Numbered from the stretch's first letter, positions 30,056 through 40,633 are shown. The stretch: DNA of 64,000 bases from an uncultured Gemmatimonadales bacterium (GCA_963783385.1 CAWANJ010000009.1:160001-224000); one strand, 5' to 3'. The notes: a model not told the origin generated them from the sequence alone. Program-made: numbers and translations.

Positions 30056-32932
30056 CTACAGGTTGAGGAAGTAGCTCGCCTTGACGATGAAGGTGTTGCT
30101 GGGCGGCGCGTTGAGGAGGCCGCTGAAGTCCCGCGAGAAGCTGAAGTTGCCGAAGGTCTCGTCGGCGCGGCGGCTCTGCTGCCATACGAAGTACAGGATG
30201 GACCCGGGCCGGAACTCCCACCGGAGGACGGCGTTCCCGCGCAGGGACCGGACGTTGAAGTCCTGTCGGTCGAAGGAGAAGTCGGGGGCGCCGTCGCCGT
30301 TGTAGTCCAGGTAAACCAGGCCGTCGGCGACGCACATGGCGCCGCCGGTACAGGCCACGCCGGCCGAGGTGGAGCGGGCGATGCCCCGGCTGAAGCGCAG
30401 GAAGTCGAACGACTCGGGCCGGGCGAGCTGCTTGTAGCTGGCAAAGCGCCCCGAGGCCAGGAGGGGCTGGGCGAACAGCTGCAGGCTCAGGGTGGGGGAG
30501 AGGGCCACGTTGAGCCGGGTCCGCATCGAGAGCTGGTGCTGCGTGAGGTCGCCGAAGAAGTAACGCTCGCCGTAGGTGGGCGCGAAAGAGGCCGATTCGT
30601 CCGTGCTCACGTACTGGCTGGCGCTCGTCTCCACCTGCCAGGAGGGCTCCACCTGGATCTCGACGTTGGAGCTGGGCCGGATCGAGATCTGGACGCTCGT
30701 CTGGAAGGAGTGCCCGTCTCCCAGGGCGCGCTGCCCGTACTCGATGCGAGGCTCCAGGCTCACCATCCGGCGCGAGTCCGTCCGGATCCCCAGGTCGGCG
30801 TGATAGCCCGAGGGCTTCACCATCAGCGGTCCCCCCCGGGTCTCCGTGTCGCTCAGGGTCTGGGGTCCGTAGTCGAGCCCGAAGTCCACCGACCAGTTGT
30901 TGTTGAAGTCGAAGTTCCCGTTCAGCGACACGTTGCCGTCCTTGTAGGCGCGGCGGACGTGGTCCATCGATAGCGGCCCGTGGAAGACGGACTGCCGGAA
31001 GTCGTGGAACGTGAACAGGCTCATCCGCCAGCTCCGGAACAGCGGACCGGGGTCGATGTCCTGGTATTCCACCCGTCCGCCGATGTCCCAGTGCTCACCG
31101 TCGTGGTTGAAGCCGAGGTCGTTGGCGGCGAAGCCGGGCGTGACGTCGCCCAGCCAGGTGGACCACGTCCAGTGGTCCGCGTTCTGGCGCTCCAGGTAGA
31201 CCCTCCAGCTGGCGCCCGTCATGCTGGTGGCGGACGAGTCCACCGACAGGTAGGACGCGTCGGGCCGCTGGAAGTAGTGCTGGGAGTTCTCCTGCACGTC
31301 GACGAGGGCCTGTGGTCTTCCACGGATGAGCGTGCTGGCCAGGTAGCCGTGCACCGACCAGTCCCGGTTTCTGGAGCCGCCCCAGTCGTGCTGGAAGTCC
31401 AGGCCGCCGGAGAAGGCGCTCGACGTGAGCCAGTCCAGGGTGCCGTCGGCCGGCAGGTTCCGGTGCATGGCCGTCAGGATGCCCCCGACGTGGCTGGCGC
31501 CGTCGCGGAAGTCCTGCTGGAGGCGGGCCACCCCGTATTCGGCCCGCGGCTGCGCCACGAACTGCGACCTCCGTCCGGAGCTCGCGAAGTAGGCGGTGCC
31601 CATCTCCTTTTGCGTGGCGGCCCCCAGGACCCCCATGGACAGGCCGCTCGACGTGCGCCCCGTGAGCTTGGCGGCGCCGAGAATGGTCGTTTGGGACGGT
31701 GCGTCCGTGTAGTCTGCGCTGTCCGGTCCCGATCCCCGCGGCTCCCGCCCGATGCGCCGGCTGAAGAACAGCGAGTTCCGGCGGCCCGACAGCTGGAAGT
31801 CGAACACGCGAGCGTCCTGCACGAAGAAGGGGCGCTTCTCGGGGAAGTAGGTCTCGAACGCGCTCAGGTTGATGACGGCGGGGTCCACCTCCACCTGGCC
31901 GAAATCCGGATTCACCGCCGCGTCGAGGCTGAAGGCCGAGCCGAGCCCGTAGCTGGCGTTGAGGCCGGCGCGGGGCGTGAGCGTCGAGCCGTCGAACAGG
32001 GGGTTGGAGGGATCCGAGGGAGCCCGGTGGAGCTGGGTCGCGACGTAGGGCTCCACCTGCAGCCGGGTCCCGCTCGAGGTCAGCTGGATGCCCGTGAGCC
32101 GGCCGAACTGGCTCACGCGTCCCTGGCTCGTCCGCGAGATGAGCGCGAAGTAGCTGCGGCTGTTCGAGGCCACGCGGTTGCGCCCGAAGTCGACCCCCCA
32201 GACCTGCTTGCCCTTGCCGGACTCGTAACGGATCTGGGAGAGCGGGATCCGCATCTCGACGCTCCAGCCCGTCGAGTCGCGGCTCACGGCCGAGCTCCAC
32301 ACGGCGTCCCAGTTTTCATCGCGGTGCGAGTCGTTGAACAGGTATTCGTCGAACTGGACGCCGGCGGCGCTCACGCGGAACACGTAGGCGGTCTGGCGGT
32401 CCTGGTTGGGATCGAGGGCGACCTCGAACCAGTCGAACTGTCCCTGCCGGTCCCTGCGCACGAGGCGCGAGACGATCTGCGAGGTGTCCTGCTCGGTCAT
32501 GTGGGCGCCGACGTAGAGGGCGGCGTCGTCGTACAGGACGCGGACCTGGGTGGGCTGGGCGGGAGGGGCGCCTTCGGTGGGGAGGCCCTGCACGAAGCGA
32601 CTCTCGACGGGCGCGTTACGCCAGGCGGCCTCGTCCAGTCGACCGTCGATGTGAACCGGACCCTGACGACGCGCGGCCCGCAGGGTGGGGACGCCGTCCG
32701 ACGGCGCCCCCGGACCGGCCGTGTCGGCGGCGGCCTGCCAGGCCCGGCCACGGGCGGGGAGCAGGAGGGCCGACAGTGCGAGCGCGGCGACCAGCCAGCG
32801 GCACCGGCCCGCCGACCGTCCCGGGCGGGACGCACCCCTGCCCTCGCGCGGCGCGCGGCCTCGCGCGCCGCGTGCCCGCTCCCCCTGCGCCCCGGTGAAC
32901 CGCGGCGGACTTCCGTGGATCCCTCGCCTCAC
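30056..32932 (-). CDS. DUF5916 outer-membrane protein with N-terminal CBM9-like domain; start uncertain
   Basis: IDGRLDEAAW, TQVRVLYDDAALYVG, WDAVW..GWSVEMRIPLSQIRY, VNPDFGQVEVDP..FETYFPEKRPFF, LRWEFRPGSILYFVW, terminal KASYFLNL. Confidence 0.88.
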   Translation of the reverse strand: MRRGIHGSPPRFTGAQGERARGARGRAPREGRGASRPGRSAGRCRWLVAALALSALLLPARGRAWQAAADTAGPGAPSDGVPTLRAARRQGPVHIDGRLDEAAWRNAPVESRFVQGLPTEGAPPAQPTQVRVLYDDAALYVGAHMTEQDTSQIVSRLVRRDRQGQFDWFEVALDPNQDRQTAYVFRVSAAGVQFDEYLFNDSHRDENWDAVWSSAVSRDSTGWSVEMRIPLSQIRYESGKGKQVWGVDFGRNRVASNSRSYFALISRTSQGRVSQFGRLTGIQLTSSGTRLQVEPYVATQLHRAPSDPSNPLFDGSTLTPRAGLNASYGLGSAFSLDAAVNPDFGQVEVDPAVINLSAFETYFPEKRPFFVQDARVFDFQLSGRRNSLFFSRRIGREPRGSGPDSADYTDAPSQTTILGAAKLTGRTSSGLSMGVLGAATQKEMGTAYFASSGRRSQFVAQPRAEYGVARLQQDFRDGASHVGGILTAMHRNLPADGTLDWLTSSAFSGGLDFQHDWGGSRNRDWSVHGYLASTLIRGRPQALVDVQENSQHYFQRPDASYLSVDSSATSMTGASWRVYLERQNADHWTWSTWLGDVTPGFAANDLGFNHDGEHWDIGGRVEYQDIDPGPLFRSWRMSLFTFHDFRQSVFHGPLSMDHVRRAYKDGNVSLNGNFDFNNNWSVDFGLDYGPQTLSDTETRGGPLMVKPSGYHADLGIRTDSRRMVSLEPRIEYGQRALGDGHSFQTSVQISIRPSSNVEIQVEPSWQVETSASQYVSTDESASFAPTYGERYFFGDLTQHQLSMRTRLNVALSPTLSLQLFAQPLLASGRFASYKQLARPESFDFLRFSRGIARSTSAGVACTGGAMCVADGLVYLDYNGDGAPDFSFDRQDFNVRSLRGNAVLRWEFRPGSILYFVWQQSRRADETFGNFSFSRDFSGLLNAPPSNTFIVKASYFLNL

Positions 32933-33136
32933 GTCCCCTATCGTCCGTACCCGTTCCTCTCCTCTCGTGACCCGTCGTGATCGACGTACCGCCCCGCGCG
33001 GAGACTCCCGGACCAGCCGGGAGCCGCGAGTCCGGTGGCGGAGGATGGAGCCTCGACCCCTGCGCCACAAGAAACACGCCGCCTTCCACGGCCGTGTAGT
33101 CATGCCGCCCGGGCGAGCGCCGACGAACCCGCCGCT

Positions 33137-34294
33137 TCAGCGGGCGACGAGGGGCCCGGATCCGAAGCGATCGAGGCCGAACGGGCCGGGGTCGAAGGTC
33201 GGTTCGAGGTCCGTCATCAGGTCCGCCACCACGCCGGCCAGGGCGCCCGCGAACTTGAAGCCGTGTCCGGAGAAGCCCGCCGCGACCACGACCCGGCGGC
33301 ATTTCGGATGTCGGTCCAGCACGAAGTGCCTGTCCGGGGTGAGCGTGTACAGGCAGGGCTCGGAGCGCACGCCGAGCCAGCGGGCGTCGGGGAAGTGACG
33401 TCCCAGCACCTCGCGGACGGCGTCGACCTCTTCCGCGGACGCTTCCTGGCGTGGTGCCTGCGGGTCCACCGGCCGACCCCCGTGGTGGAAGGCCGCCTTG
33501 ACCCCGGACCCGACGTCCGGGAAGCCGTACAGGATCTTGCCGGCCTCGTATTCGACCAGGAACACGGGAATGTCGGCCGGATCGAAGCCGGCCGCCTCCG
33601 TGCGGAACCAGTGCTGGACCATGCGCACCGGCTGGAGAGGCATGGGCGGCGCGGCGGCCAGCCCCGCGGTCCAGGCTCCCGTGGCCAGCACGAGCCCGCC
33701 GGCCGGCACCGTGCCGGCGCTCGTCCGCACCCTCAGGCCTCCGCCGTCCGGCGGGCCCTCCTCGCTCCAGGCCACCAGGGCCTCCCCCGTCCGCAGCTCG
33801 GCCCCCGCCACGCGGGCGAGATCGAGGAACGCGGACACGCACGCCTCCGCCCGCAGGTAACCGGCCCTCGGATCCACCAGGAGCCGATGGCCCGCGGAGA
33901 GGCGGACGAAGGGATAGCGCTCGGCGGCCTCCGCCGGGTCGGGACGATCGAGGGGGAGGCCGTGGGCCCGCGCGCTCGCCTCCGCGCCGCGGACCAGGTC
34001 GCCGTGCGGGAAGCCTCCCACGATGCCCCCCGTCTCGAACAGCAGCCGTCGGCCCGAGCGCAGCTCGAGCTCGCGCCACGCCTCGTAGGCCCGCCGCACG
34101 AGGGGCACGTACAGCGGGTTCTCGGAGTAGGCCTGCCGGATCATGCGCGTCTCGCCGTGCGACGATCCGAGCCGATGCGGAGGGGTGTGCGGGTCGAGCC
34201 CCACCACCCGGAGCCCCCGGCGGGACAGCTCGGCGGCCACGGCGCTCCCCATGACGCCGAGGCCGGCCACGACGACGTCGGCGGCGCGCGTCAT
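33137..34294 (-). CDS. solA: N-methyl-L-tryptophan/sarcosine oxidase family flavoprotein
   Basis: GLGVMGSA, GSSHGETRMIRQAY, CLYTLTPDRHFVLD, GFSGHGFKF. Confidence 0.88.
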   Translation of the reverse strand: MTRAADVVVAGLGVMGSAVAAELSRRGLRVVGLDPHTPPHRLGSSHGETRMIRQAYSENPLYVPLVRRAYEAWRELELRSGRRLLFETGGIVGGFPHGDLVRGAEASARAHGLPLDRPDPAEAAERYPFVRLSAGHRLLVDPRAGYLRAEACVSAFLDLARVAGAELRTGEALVAWSEEGPPDGGGLRVRTSAGTVPAGGLVLATGAWTAGLAAAPPMPLQPVRMVQHWFRTEAAGFDPADIPVFLVEYEAGKILYGFPDVGSGVKAAFHHGGRPVDPQAPRQEASAEEVDAVREVLGRHFPDARWLGVRSEPCLYTLTPDRHFVLDRHPKCRRVVVAAGFSGHGFKFAGALAGVVADLMTDLEPTFDPGPFGLDRFGSGPLVAR

Positions 34295-34304
34295 CCTCCC
34301 ACCC

Positions 34305-35396
34305 TCACAACGAGGATCCGGGGCCGCCGGCGACCAGGTCCCGGCTCAGCTCTCCCGGCGTCCGACAGCCACACAGGGCCAGGGCCAGGTCGAGCTCCTC
34401 CCGCAGGATCTCCAGCACCCGGCTCACTCCGTCCTCTCCCTCGACGGCCAGTCCCCAGAGCACCGGCCGCCCCACGGCCACCGCGTCCGCGCCCAGGGCC
34501 AGCGCCTTGACCACGTCGGTGCCGCGCCGGATGCCGCCGTCGATGAGCACCGGGACCCGCCCGTCCACCGACGATGCCACCTCCGGCAGCGCCTCGATCG
34601 TCGCGATCGCCGTGTCGAGCTGGCGGCCGCCGTGGTTGGAGACGACGATCCCGGAGGCCCCGTGCTCGACCGCGAGCCGCGCGTCCTCGGGATGGACGAT
34701 GCCCTTGAGGAGCACGGGCAGCCCGGTGATCGACCGGAGCCAGGCCACGTCATCCCAGTCCAGGTCGGGATCGAGCAGGCTGGCGGCGTAGGCGGCCAGG
34801 CCCGAGCCCTGCCCGGCGGGAGGGATCGCGCGCATGCCGTCGGCCGTCAGGTTCTCCAGGGCGAGCTCCTCCGGCAGGTGGAAGCGGTTCCGAACGTCAC
34901 GCTCGCGGACGCCCAGGAGGGGCGCGTCCACCGTGACCACGAGCGCCGAGCAGCCGGCCGCCTCGGCCCGCGCGACGAGCTCGGCGGTCGTCGACCGGTC
35001 CCGGTACACGTACAGCTGGAACCACACGGGGCCGTTGGCGGCCGCCGTCACCTCCTCGAGGGGCGCCGTGGACAGGGTGCTCAGCATCATGGCCGTGCCC
35101 GCCGCGCCGCAGGCCCGCGCCGTGGCGAGCTCCCCGTCCGGGTGCGCCATCCGCTGAAAGGCGGTCGGGGCCGCGACGATCGGCATGGACAACCGGGCGC
35201 CCAGCAGGGAGGTGGTCAGGTCCCGCTCGCCGACCCCCCGCAGGACGCGGTGGCGCAGCCGCAGCCGGTCGTAGGCGGCGTGGTTCTCGGCCAGCGTGAT
35301 CTCGTCGTGCGCCCCGCTGGCGTAGTAGTCGCGGGTCATCGAATCCAGCCGGTGGCGCGCGGCCTCCTCGTAGTCGAACAGGTTGATGAGGTCCAT
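34305..35396 (-). CDS. FMN-dependent alpha-hydroxy acid oxidase
   Basis: DYYASGAHDEITL, APTAFQRMAHPDGE, WFQLY, VTVDAP, LKGI, SNHGGRQLD, DGGIRRGTDVVKALALGA. Confidence 0.93.
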   Translation of the reverse strand: MDLINLFDYEEAARHRLDSMTRDYYASGAHDEITLAENHAAYDRLRLRHRVLRGVGERDLTTSLLGARLSMPIVAAPTAFQRMAHPDGELATARACGAAGTAMMLSTLSTAPLEEVTAAANGPVWFQLYVYRDRSTTAELVARAEAAGCSALVVTVDAPLLGVRERDVRNRFHLPEELALENLTADGMRAIPPAGQGSGLAAYAASLLDPDLDWDDVAWLRSITGLPVLLKGIVHPEDARLAVEHGASGIVVSNHGGRQLDTAIATIEALPEVASSVDGRVPVLIDGGIRRGTDVVKALALGADAVAVGRPVLWGLAVEGEDGVSRVLEILREELDLALALCGCRTPGELSRDLVAGGPGSSL

Positions 35397-35421
35397 GCGG
35401 TGTGCTCCTTGAGGTGGGGCC

Positions 35422-36222
35422 TCAGAGGCCCAGGAGTCCGGGCAGGTCGGCGACCGAGCCGAGCACGTGATCGGGTCCCGGGCCCGGCCGGTCCAGGTCC
35501 TCCTCCCGGAACTTCCCGGTGCGCACGAGAATTCCGGACGCTCCGGCGCTCCGGGCCCCGAGAACATCGGCTTCCAGGTCGTCCCCGACCATGGCCAGCC
35601 GCGGGAGCGGCAGGTCCAGCGAGCGCGCCGCGGCCTCGAAGAACGGGAGACCGGGCTTCCCGGCCACGACGGCCTGCCGCCCCGAGGCGTATTCGAGTGC
35701 CGCCACGAACGGCCCGGCGTCCAGGTGGAGGGCGCCGGCGGTGCGCCAGTAGCGGTTCCTCTGGATGGCCACCAGCTCGGCCCCCTCCAGCACCCACCGG
35801 AAGGCGGCGTCGAGCACCTCGTAGGTCCAGTCGCTCCCGAGGTCCCCCACGACGACCGCCCGGGGTGCCGGTGGGGCACCCTCCCGGTGGGAGACGATCT
35901 CGAAGTCGGCGAAGTCCTCGAGGGCGGCCGACGGGACGAGCAGGCCGATCCGCCGGAGGCCCCGCGATCCGAGCCAGTCGGCGGCGGCCACGGGGGCGGT
36001 GAGCACCTCCCCGGGGTCGGCGGCGAGTCCGGCCTCCCGGAGGCTCTCCAGGACCGCCCGCCGCGGCCGGCGGCTCGTGTTGGTGACGAACCGGAGCCCG
36101 AGGTCGGCCGACCGCACGGCGGCGACAGCCCGAGCCGCCCCGGGCAGGAGCCGGCCATCCTCCATCAGCGTACCATCGACGTCGAGCAGGATGCCGCGCG
36201 TGTCGGCGAGCGTGGAGTCCAT
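35422..36222 (-). CDS. HAD-IIA hydrolase (LHPP-like)
   Basis: LLDVDGTL, FVTNTS, LDAGPFVAALEYA, GKP, MVGDDLEADV, VRTGKFR. Confidence 0.92.
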   Translation of the reverse strand: MDSTLADTRGILLDVDGTLMEDGRLLPGAARAVAAVRSADLGLRFVTNTSRRPRRAVLESLREAGLAADPGEVLTAPVAAADWLGSRGLRRIGLLVPSAALEDFADFEIVSHREGAPPAPRAVVVGDLGSDWTYEVLDAAFRWVLEGAELVAIQRNRYWRTAGALHLDAGPFVAALEYASGRQAVVAGKPGLPFFEAAARSLDLPLPRLAMVGDDLEADVLGARSAGASGILVRTGKFREEDLDRPGPGPDHVLGSVADLPGLLGL

Positions 36223-36376
36223 GGTCGCAAGGTAGGTGACCGCCCGGCGCGTCGGTACCGGCTGCGTGCACCGGGGGGAGGGGAGGGCGAGGGACGCGCG
36301 GTAGCGGTGGCGGGTGGCGCAGGGCTAGCTTGGGGAACGTCGCGTCGCGTCGCCCCTCGCCCAGGCCCACTCGCCC

Positions 36377-38482
36377 ATGCCTCTTCTCGCCCGGGGAAAG
36401 CGTCTCGCGAAGGAGCTCTCCCTCGCCGACGTGTTCGCGATCAGCGCCGGCGCCATGTTCAGCTCCGGCTTCTTCCTGCTGCCAGGGATCGCCGCCGCCG
36501 AGGTCGGACCGGCCGTCGTCCTGGCGTACCTCCTGGCGGGCCTCCTGGTGGTCCCCGCGCTCCTCAGCAAGGCGGAGCTGTGCACCGCCATGCCGCGCGC
36601 CGGCGGCACGTACTACTTCCTGGACCGGAGCATGGGCCCGATGGTGGGGACCGTGGGGGGCCTCGGGACCTGGGCGGCCCTCGTCCTCAAGAGTGCCTTC
36701 GCCCTCATCGGCATGGGGGCCTACCTGGAGCTGTTCATCAGCGTCCCGATCCGGCCGCTGGCCATCGGGCTCACCGTGCTGTTCGTGGTGATCAACCTGG
36801 TCGGTGCCCGCGAGACGAGCCGGCTCCAACGGGTGCTCGTGTTCTCTCTCCTGGCGGTGCTCACCTTTTTCATCTTCGCGGGCGTCGCCCAGCTCGCCGG
36901 ACCGGCGGCCAGGGAGACGGCTCGGCAGCGCTTCACGCCCTTCCTGCCCTTCGGGCCCCACAGCCTGGTCTCCACCATCGGCCTCGTGTTCGTGTCCTTC
37001 ATGGGGATCACCAAGGTCGCCAGCATCCCGGAGGAGGTGAAGGACCCGGACCGCAACATCCCGCTCGGCATGGCGCTGTCCCTGGGTGTGGCCATCCTGT
37101 TCTACGTGCTCACCATCGGGATCATGGTGGCCGTGCTCCCCGCCGACGAGCTCCACCACGACCTGACGCCTGTCGCCACGGCGGGACGTGCGCTCCTGGG
37201 TTGGCTGCCGGCGCCCCTGGAGCCCGTCCTCGTCGTGGGGGCGGCGATCACGGGATTCGCCGCCATGGCCAACGCGGGCGTGATGACGGCCTCGCGCTAC
37301 CCGCTGGCGCTGGCGCGCGATCGGATCATGCCTTCGGGCCTCCAGGAGCTGAACCGCTTCCGGTCTCCCGGCCGCTCGATCGTGCTCACCGGGATCCTCA
37401 TGATCGTCTTCCTGGCCACCCTCGAAGTCGAGACCGTCGCCAAGCTGGCCAGCGCCCTCCAGCTCCTGATCTTCGGCATGGTCAACCTGGCGGTCATCGT
37501 GATGCGAGAGAGTCGGCTCGAGGCGTACGACCCGGGCTTCCGGTCCCCGCTGTACCCCTGGGTGCAGATCGTGGGCTTCCTGGCCTCGATGTGGCTCATC
37601 GTGGAGATCGGCCTGGGGTCGATTCTGTTCACGGCAGGGATCGTCGTCGTGTCCGTGGCCTGGTACCGGTGGTACGCTCGGGCCCGAGTGGAGCGGGAAG
37701 GGGCCATGTACCACGTGTTCGAGCGCTGGGGCCGGCGGCGCTTCGAAGGGCTGGACCGGGAGCTACGGCAGATCCTGAAGGAGAAGGGGCTGCGCGAGGC
37801 CGATCCGTTCGAGCGGCTGCTGGCGAATGCACTCTTCCTGGACCTGCCGGGTCCGGCCCGGTTCGAGGACGTGGCGGTGCGCGCGGCCCGGGCCCTGGCC
37901 GCCGAGACCGGGAGCTCGGAGCGAGATCTGCTGGACACCTTCCTGGAGGGCACCCGGCTGGGCGTGACCCCCGTCTCGCACGGCGTCGCGCTGCCCCACG
38001 CCCGTCTCCGCGCGCTCACCGAGCCACGGCTCGTCCTCGTGCGCGCCCGGGAGGGGGTGGACATGGGACTCGAGGAGAAGCCGGACGAGGCGATCCGGGC
38101 GCTCTTCTTCCTGGCCAGCCCGCGCGCGGACGCCGGGCGGCACCTGCGCATCCTGGCCGAGCTCGCGGGAAGGGTGGACGACGAGGGCTTCATGGAAGCG
38201 TGGCTGGCGGGCCGCCACGAGGTCGAGGTGAAGGAGGTGCTGCTTCGGGAGGAGCGCTTCCTGACCGTCGAGATCCGGCCCGGGAGTGCGGCCGGCTCCC
38301 TGTCGGGGCGCCGCCTCTCGGAGCTCGAACTGCCGCGCGGCGTCCTGGTGGCGCTCGTGCATCGCGGGGACCGCACCGTCGTGCCCTCGGGCGCGACGAA
38401 GCTCGAGGCCGGGGACCGCCTCACCATTCTGGGCGAGCCGGAAGCCCTCGTGGCCGTCCGGTCCCGGCTGGCCGGGAGGTGA
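36377..38482 (+). CDS. APC-family amino acid permease fused to PTS EIIA-like and TrkA-C (RCK_C) domains
   Basis: GAMFSSGFFLLPG, AELCTAMPRAGGTY, EEVKDPDRNIP; EIIA TPVSHGVALPHARL..HLRILAELA; RCK_C GRRLSELELPRGVLVALVHRG..VPSGATKLEAGDRL. Confidence 0.9.
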   Translation: MPLLARGKRLAKELSLADVFAISAGAMFSSGFFLLPGIAAAEVGPAVVLAYLLAGLLVVPALLSKAELCTAMPRAGGTYYFLDRSMGPMVGTVGGLGTWAALVLKSAFALIGMGAYLELFISVPIRPLAIGLTVLFVVINLVGARETSRLQRVLVFSLLAVLTFFIFAGVAQLAGPAARETARQRFTPFLPFGPHSLVSTIGLVFVSFMGITKVASIPEEVKDPDRNIPLGMALSLGVAILFYVLTIGIMVAVLPADELHHDLTPVATAGRALLGWLPAPLEPVLVVGAAITGFAAMANAGVMTASRYPLALARDRIMPSGLQELNRFRSPGRSIVLTGILMIVFLATLEVETVAKLASALQLLIFGMVNLAVIVMRESRLEAYDPGFRSPLYPWVQIVGFLASMWLIVEIGLGSILFTAGIVVVSVAWYRWYARARVEREGAMYHVFERWGRRRFEGLDRELRQILKEKGLREADPFERLLANALFLDLPGPARFEDVAVRAARALAAETGSSERDLLDTFLEGTRLGVTPVSHGVALPHARLRALTEPRLVLVRAREGVDMGLEEKPDEAIRALFFLASPRADAGRHLRILAELAGRVDDEGFMEAWLAGRHEVEVKEVLLREERFLTVEIRPGSAAGSLSGRRLSELELPRGVLVALVHRGDRTVVPSGATKLEAGDRLTILGEPEALVAVRSRLAGR

Positions 38483-38525
38483 CCCGCGGGCCGGCGCGGG
38501 TGCGGCGCGTCCGCGCCCGAACGCA

Positions 38526-38554
38526 TTGAACATCGCGCCAGGGGGACTTATCAT
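38526..38554 (+). promoter_or_regulatory. Sigma70-like promoter of rpmE-prfA
   Basis: TTGAAC-N17-TATCAT. Confidence 0.65.
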
Positions 38555-38671
38555 ATCCGGCTCGCGCTGACAGCCTCCAGCCCGTTCTGGAGGCGAGCGG
38601 GCGCAACAGCGGCGGCCCTGGAGGGTATGGGGGCCAACGACCCGGTTCCGGCACTCGAGACGACGAGATCC

Positions 38672-39043
38672 ATGAAGACCGACATTCACCCCGAGTACGT
38701 GGACGCACGCATCGTGTGCGCGTGCGGGCGCGTGACGGAGACCCGCGCCACCGTCCCCGAGCTCCACGTGGAGATCTGCTCGCACTGCCATCCGTTCTTC
38801 ACGGGCAAGCAGAAGCTCGTGGACACGGCGGGACGCGTGGAGCGATTCCTGTCCAAGTACGGCCGTCGCGACGAGGCCGCCGAGGCGGTCGCGGAGGCCG
38901 CCGAACGCGCCGCCGAGTCCGAGAAGCAGGCCTTCGAGCAGCCTGGCGCCGCGGAGGCCGGGAGCGAGGAGGAGACGGGCGAGGATTCGCCCGAGGCCTC
39001 CGCCGAGCCTGCCGACCAGGAGGCCGCGGCCCCGGCCGAGTGA
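38672..39043 (+). CDS. rpmE: 50S ribosomal protein L31 (Zn-binding type) with a long acidic C-terminal tail
   Basis: [40 protein letters not shown], then ~50 aa rich in E/A. Confidence 0.95.
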   Translation: MKTDIHPEYVDARIVCACGRVTETRATVPELHVEICSHCHPFFTGKQKLVDTAGRVERFLSKYGRRDEAAEAVAEAAERAAESEKQAFEQPGAAEAGSEEETGEDSPEASAEPADQEAAAPAE

Positions 39044-39122
39044 GGGGTCCCGTCCGCCTCCGGCGCCCCGCCCCCGCCGTCCGCACGCCGCGGCTCGCGG
39101 GGCGCGCGACCTTCCGCTTCCC

Positions 39123-40214
39123 GTGACAGACGCCGACGCCCGCGATTTGCTCGCCCGTCGGGCGCACGAGCTTCTCGAGCGCAACGAAGAGCTCACGCGG
39201 GCGATGGCGGACCCCGACGTCATCGGGGACTCCGACCGCCTCACCGGCCTCGCCCAGGAGCACTCGGACATCGGGCCTGCCGTCGAGGCCGGACGCGAGT
39301 ACCTGCGTCTGCTGGATCAGCTCGGCCAGGCCGAGGAGCTGGCCGAGGGCGACGACGAGCTGGCCGAGATGGCCGGCGAGGAGGCGGCGGCGCTCCGGGA
39401 ACGGATCGGAGCGATGGAGGAACGGCTGCGGTGGCTGTTCGTCCCCCGCGATCCACTCGACGACCGGCCCGCCGTCATGGAGATCCGCGCCGGCACGGGT
39501 GGGGACGAGGCGGCCTTGTTCGCGGGCGACGTGCACCGGATGTACACGCGCTACGCCTCGGCTCGCGGCTGGAGCGTCGAGCCGATCTCGTTCAGCGAGG
39601 GCGGGTCGGGCGGATTCAAGGAAGTGATCTTCATGGTCCGTGGCCGCGACGCCTACGGCCGCCTGCGCTACGAGTCCGGCGTCCACCGGGTGCAGCGGGT
39701 GCCCGAGACCGAGAGCGGCGGCCGCATCCACACCTCGGCGGCCACGGTGGCCGTCCTGCCCGAGGCCGAAGAGGTGGATGTCCAGATCGACCCGGGCGAC
39801 CTCAAGATCGACGTGTACCGCTCCTCCGGCCCCGGCGGGCAGTCGGTGAACACGACCGACTCCGCCGTCCGCATCACGCACCTGCCGACCGGACTGGTCG
39901 TCACCTGCCAGGACGAGAAGTCACAGCACAAGAACAAGGCGAAGGCTCTGAAGGTGCTTCGGAGCCGGCTCCTGGACCGGAAGCTCGCCGAGCAGGAGGC
40001 CGCGCGGGCCCGAGAACGACGGGCCCAGGTGGGCACCGGCGACCGGTCCGCCAAGATCCGCACCTACAACTTCCCGCAGAGCCGCGTGACCGACCACCGG
40101 ATCGGCTACACGACCCACGACCTCCAGGGCGTGCTGGATGGCGACCTGGACGAGCTCGTCGACGCGCTGCGAGTGGCGGGCATGCAGGAGCGGCTGGAGG
40201 CGGCGACGGGCTGA
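39123..40214 (+). CDS. prfA: Peptide chain release factor 1
   Basis: [28 protein letters not shown] (PxT), [32 protein letters not shown]. Confidence 0.97.
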   Translation: MTDADARDLLARRAHELLERNEELTRAMADPDVIGDSDRLTGLAQEHSDIGPAVEAGREYLRLLDQLGQAEELAEGDDELAEMAGEEAAALRERIGAMEERLRWLFVPRDPLDDRPAVMEIRAGTGGDEAALFAGDVHRMYTRYASARGWSVEPISFSEGGSGGFKEVIFMVRGRDAYGRLRYESGVHRVQRVPETESGGRIHTSAATVAVLPEAEEVDVQIDPGDLKIDVYRSSGPGGQSVNTTDSAVRITHLPTGLVVTCQDEKSQHKNKAKALKVLRSRLLDRKLAEQEAARARERRAQVGTGDRSAKIRTYNFPQSRVTDHRIGYTTHDLQGVLDGDLDELVDALRVAGMQERLEAATG

Positions 40215-40224
40215 GGGTCCACGC

Positions 40225-40620
40225 TCAGGCGATCCGGTTCGTGACGCCGGGCATCCAGTCCTGGTAATCCGGGCTCCGCTGCCGGAGCGCCGCCAGGATC
40301 CGCTGGCGCACGACGGGCTCGACCGTCGACTGCTGGCCCGGCCACGGCCGCAGGGTGGCCGGCACGTAGCGCCAGCCGCCGGGCTCGGCGTCGCGCACTC
40401 CGAAGACCTCGGGCTCGGCCAGCACGATGGCGCCGAACTGCTTGCGGACTCCACGGAGCATCGGCTCGATGACCTCCACGAGCGCATCGTCCTCCATCCC
40501 GGGCGGGACCTGTACGTCCACGTACATGCGGATGCAGCCGCTCCGGTGACGGCTGACGGTGCCGATGGTGCGGTTGGGCAGGTAGACGGTCTGACCGAGG
40601 AAATTGTTGACGATGCGCAT
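40225..40620 (-). pseudogene. C-terminal (cytoplasmic) fragment of an MscS-family channel gene
   Basis: IVNNFLGQTVYLPNRTIGTVSR..IRMYVDVQVP..EPEVFGV..LRPWPGQQSTVEPVVRQRI resembles MscS beta and C-terminal domains; no TM region upstream. Confidence 0.6.
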
Positions 40621-40633
40621 GGCGGGGGACACC

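Noticed and set aside
38648-38672. GGCACTC upstream of rpmE as a CIRCE element
   Set aside because: The second half-site (GAGTGC after N9) is absent.
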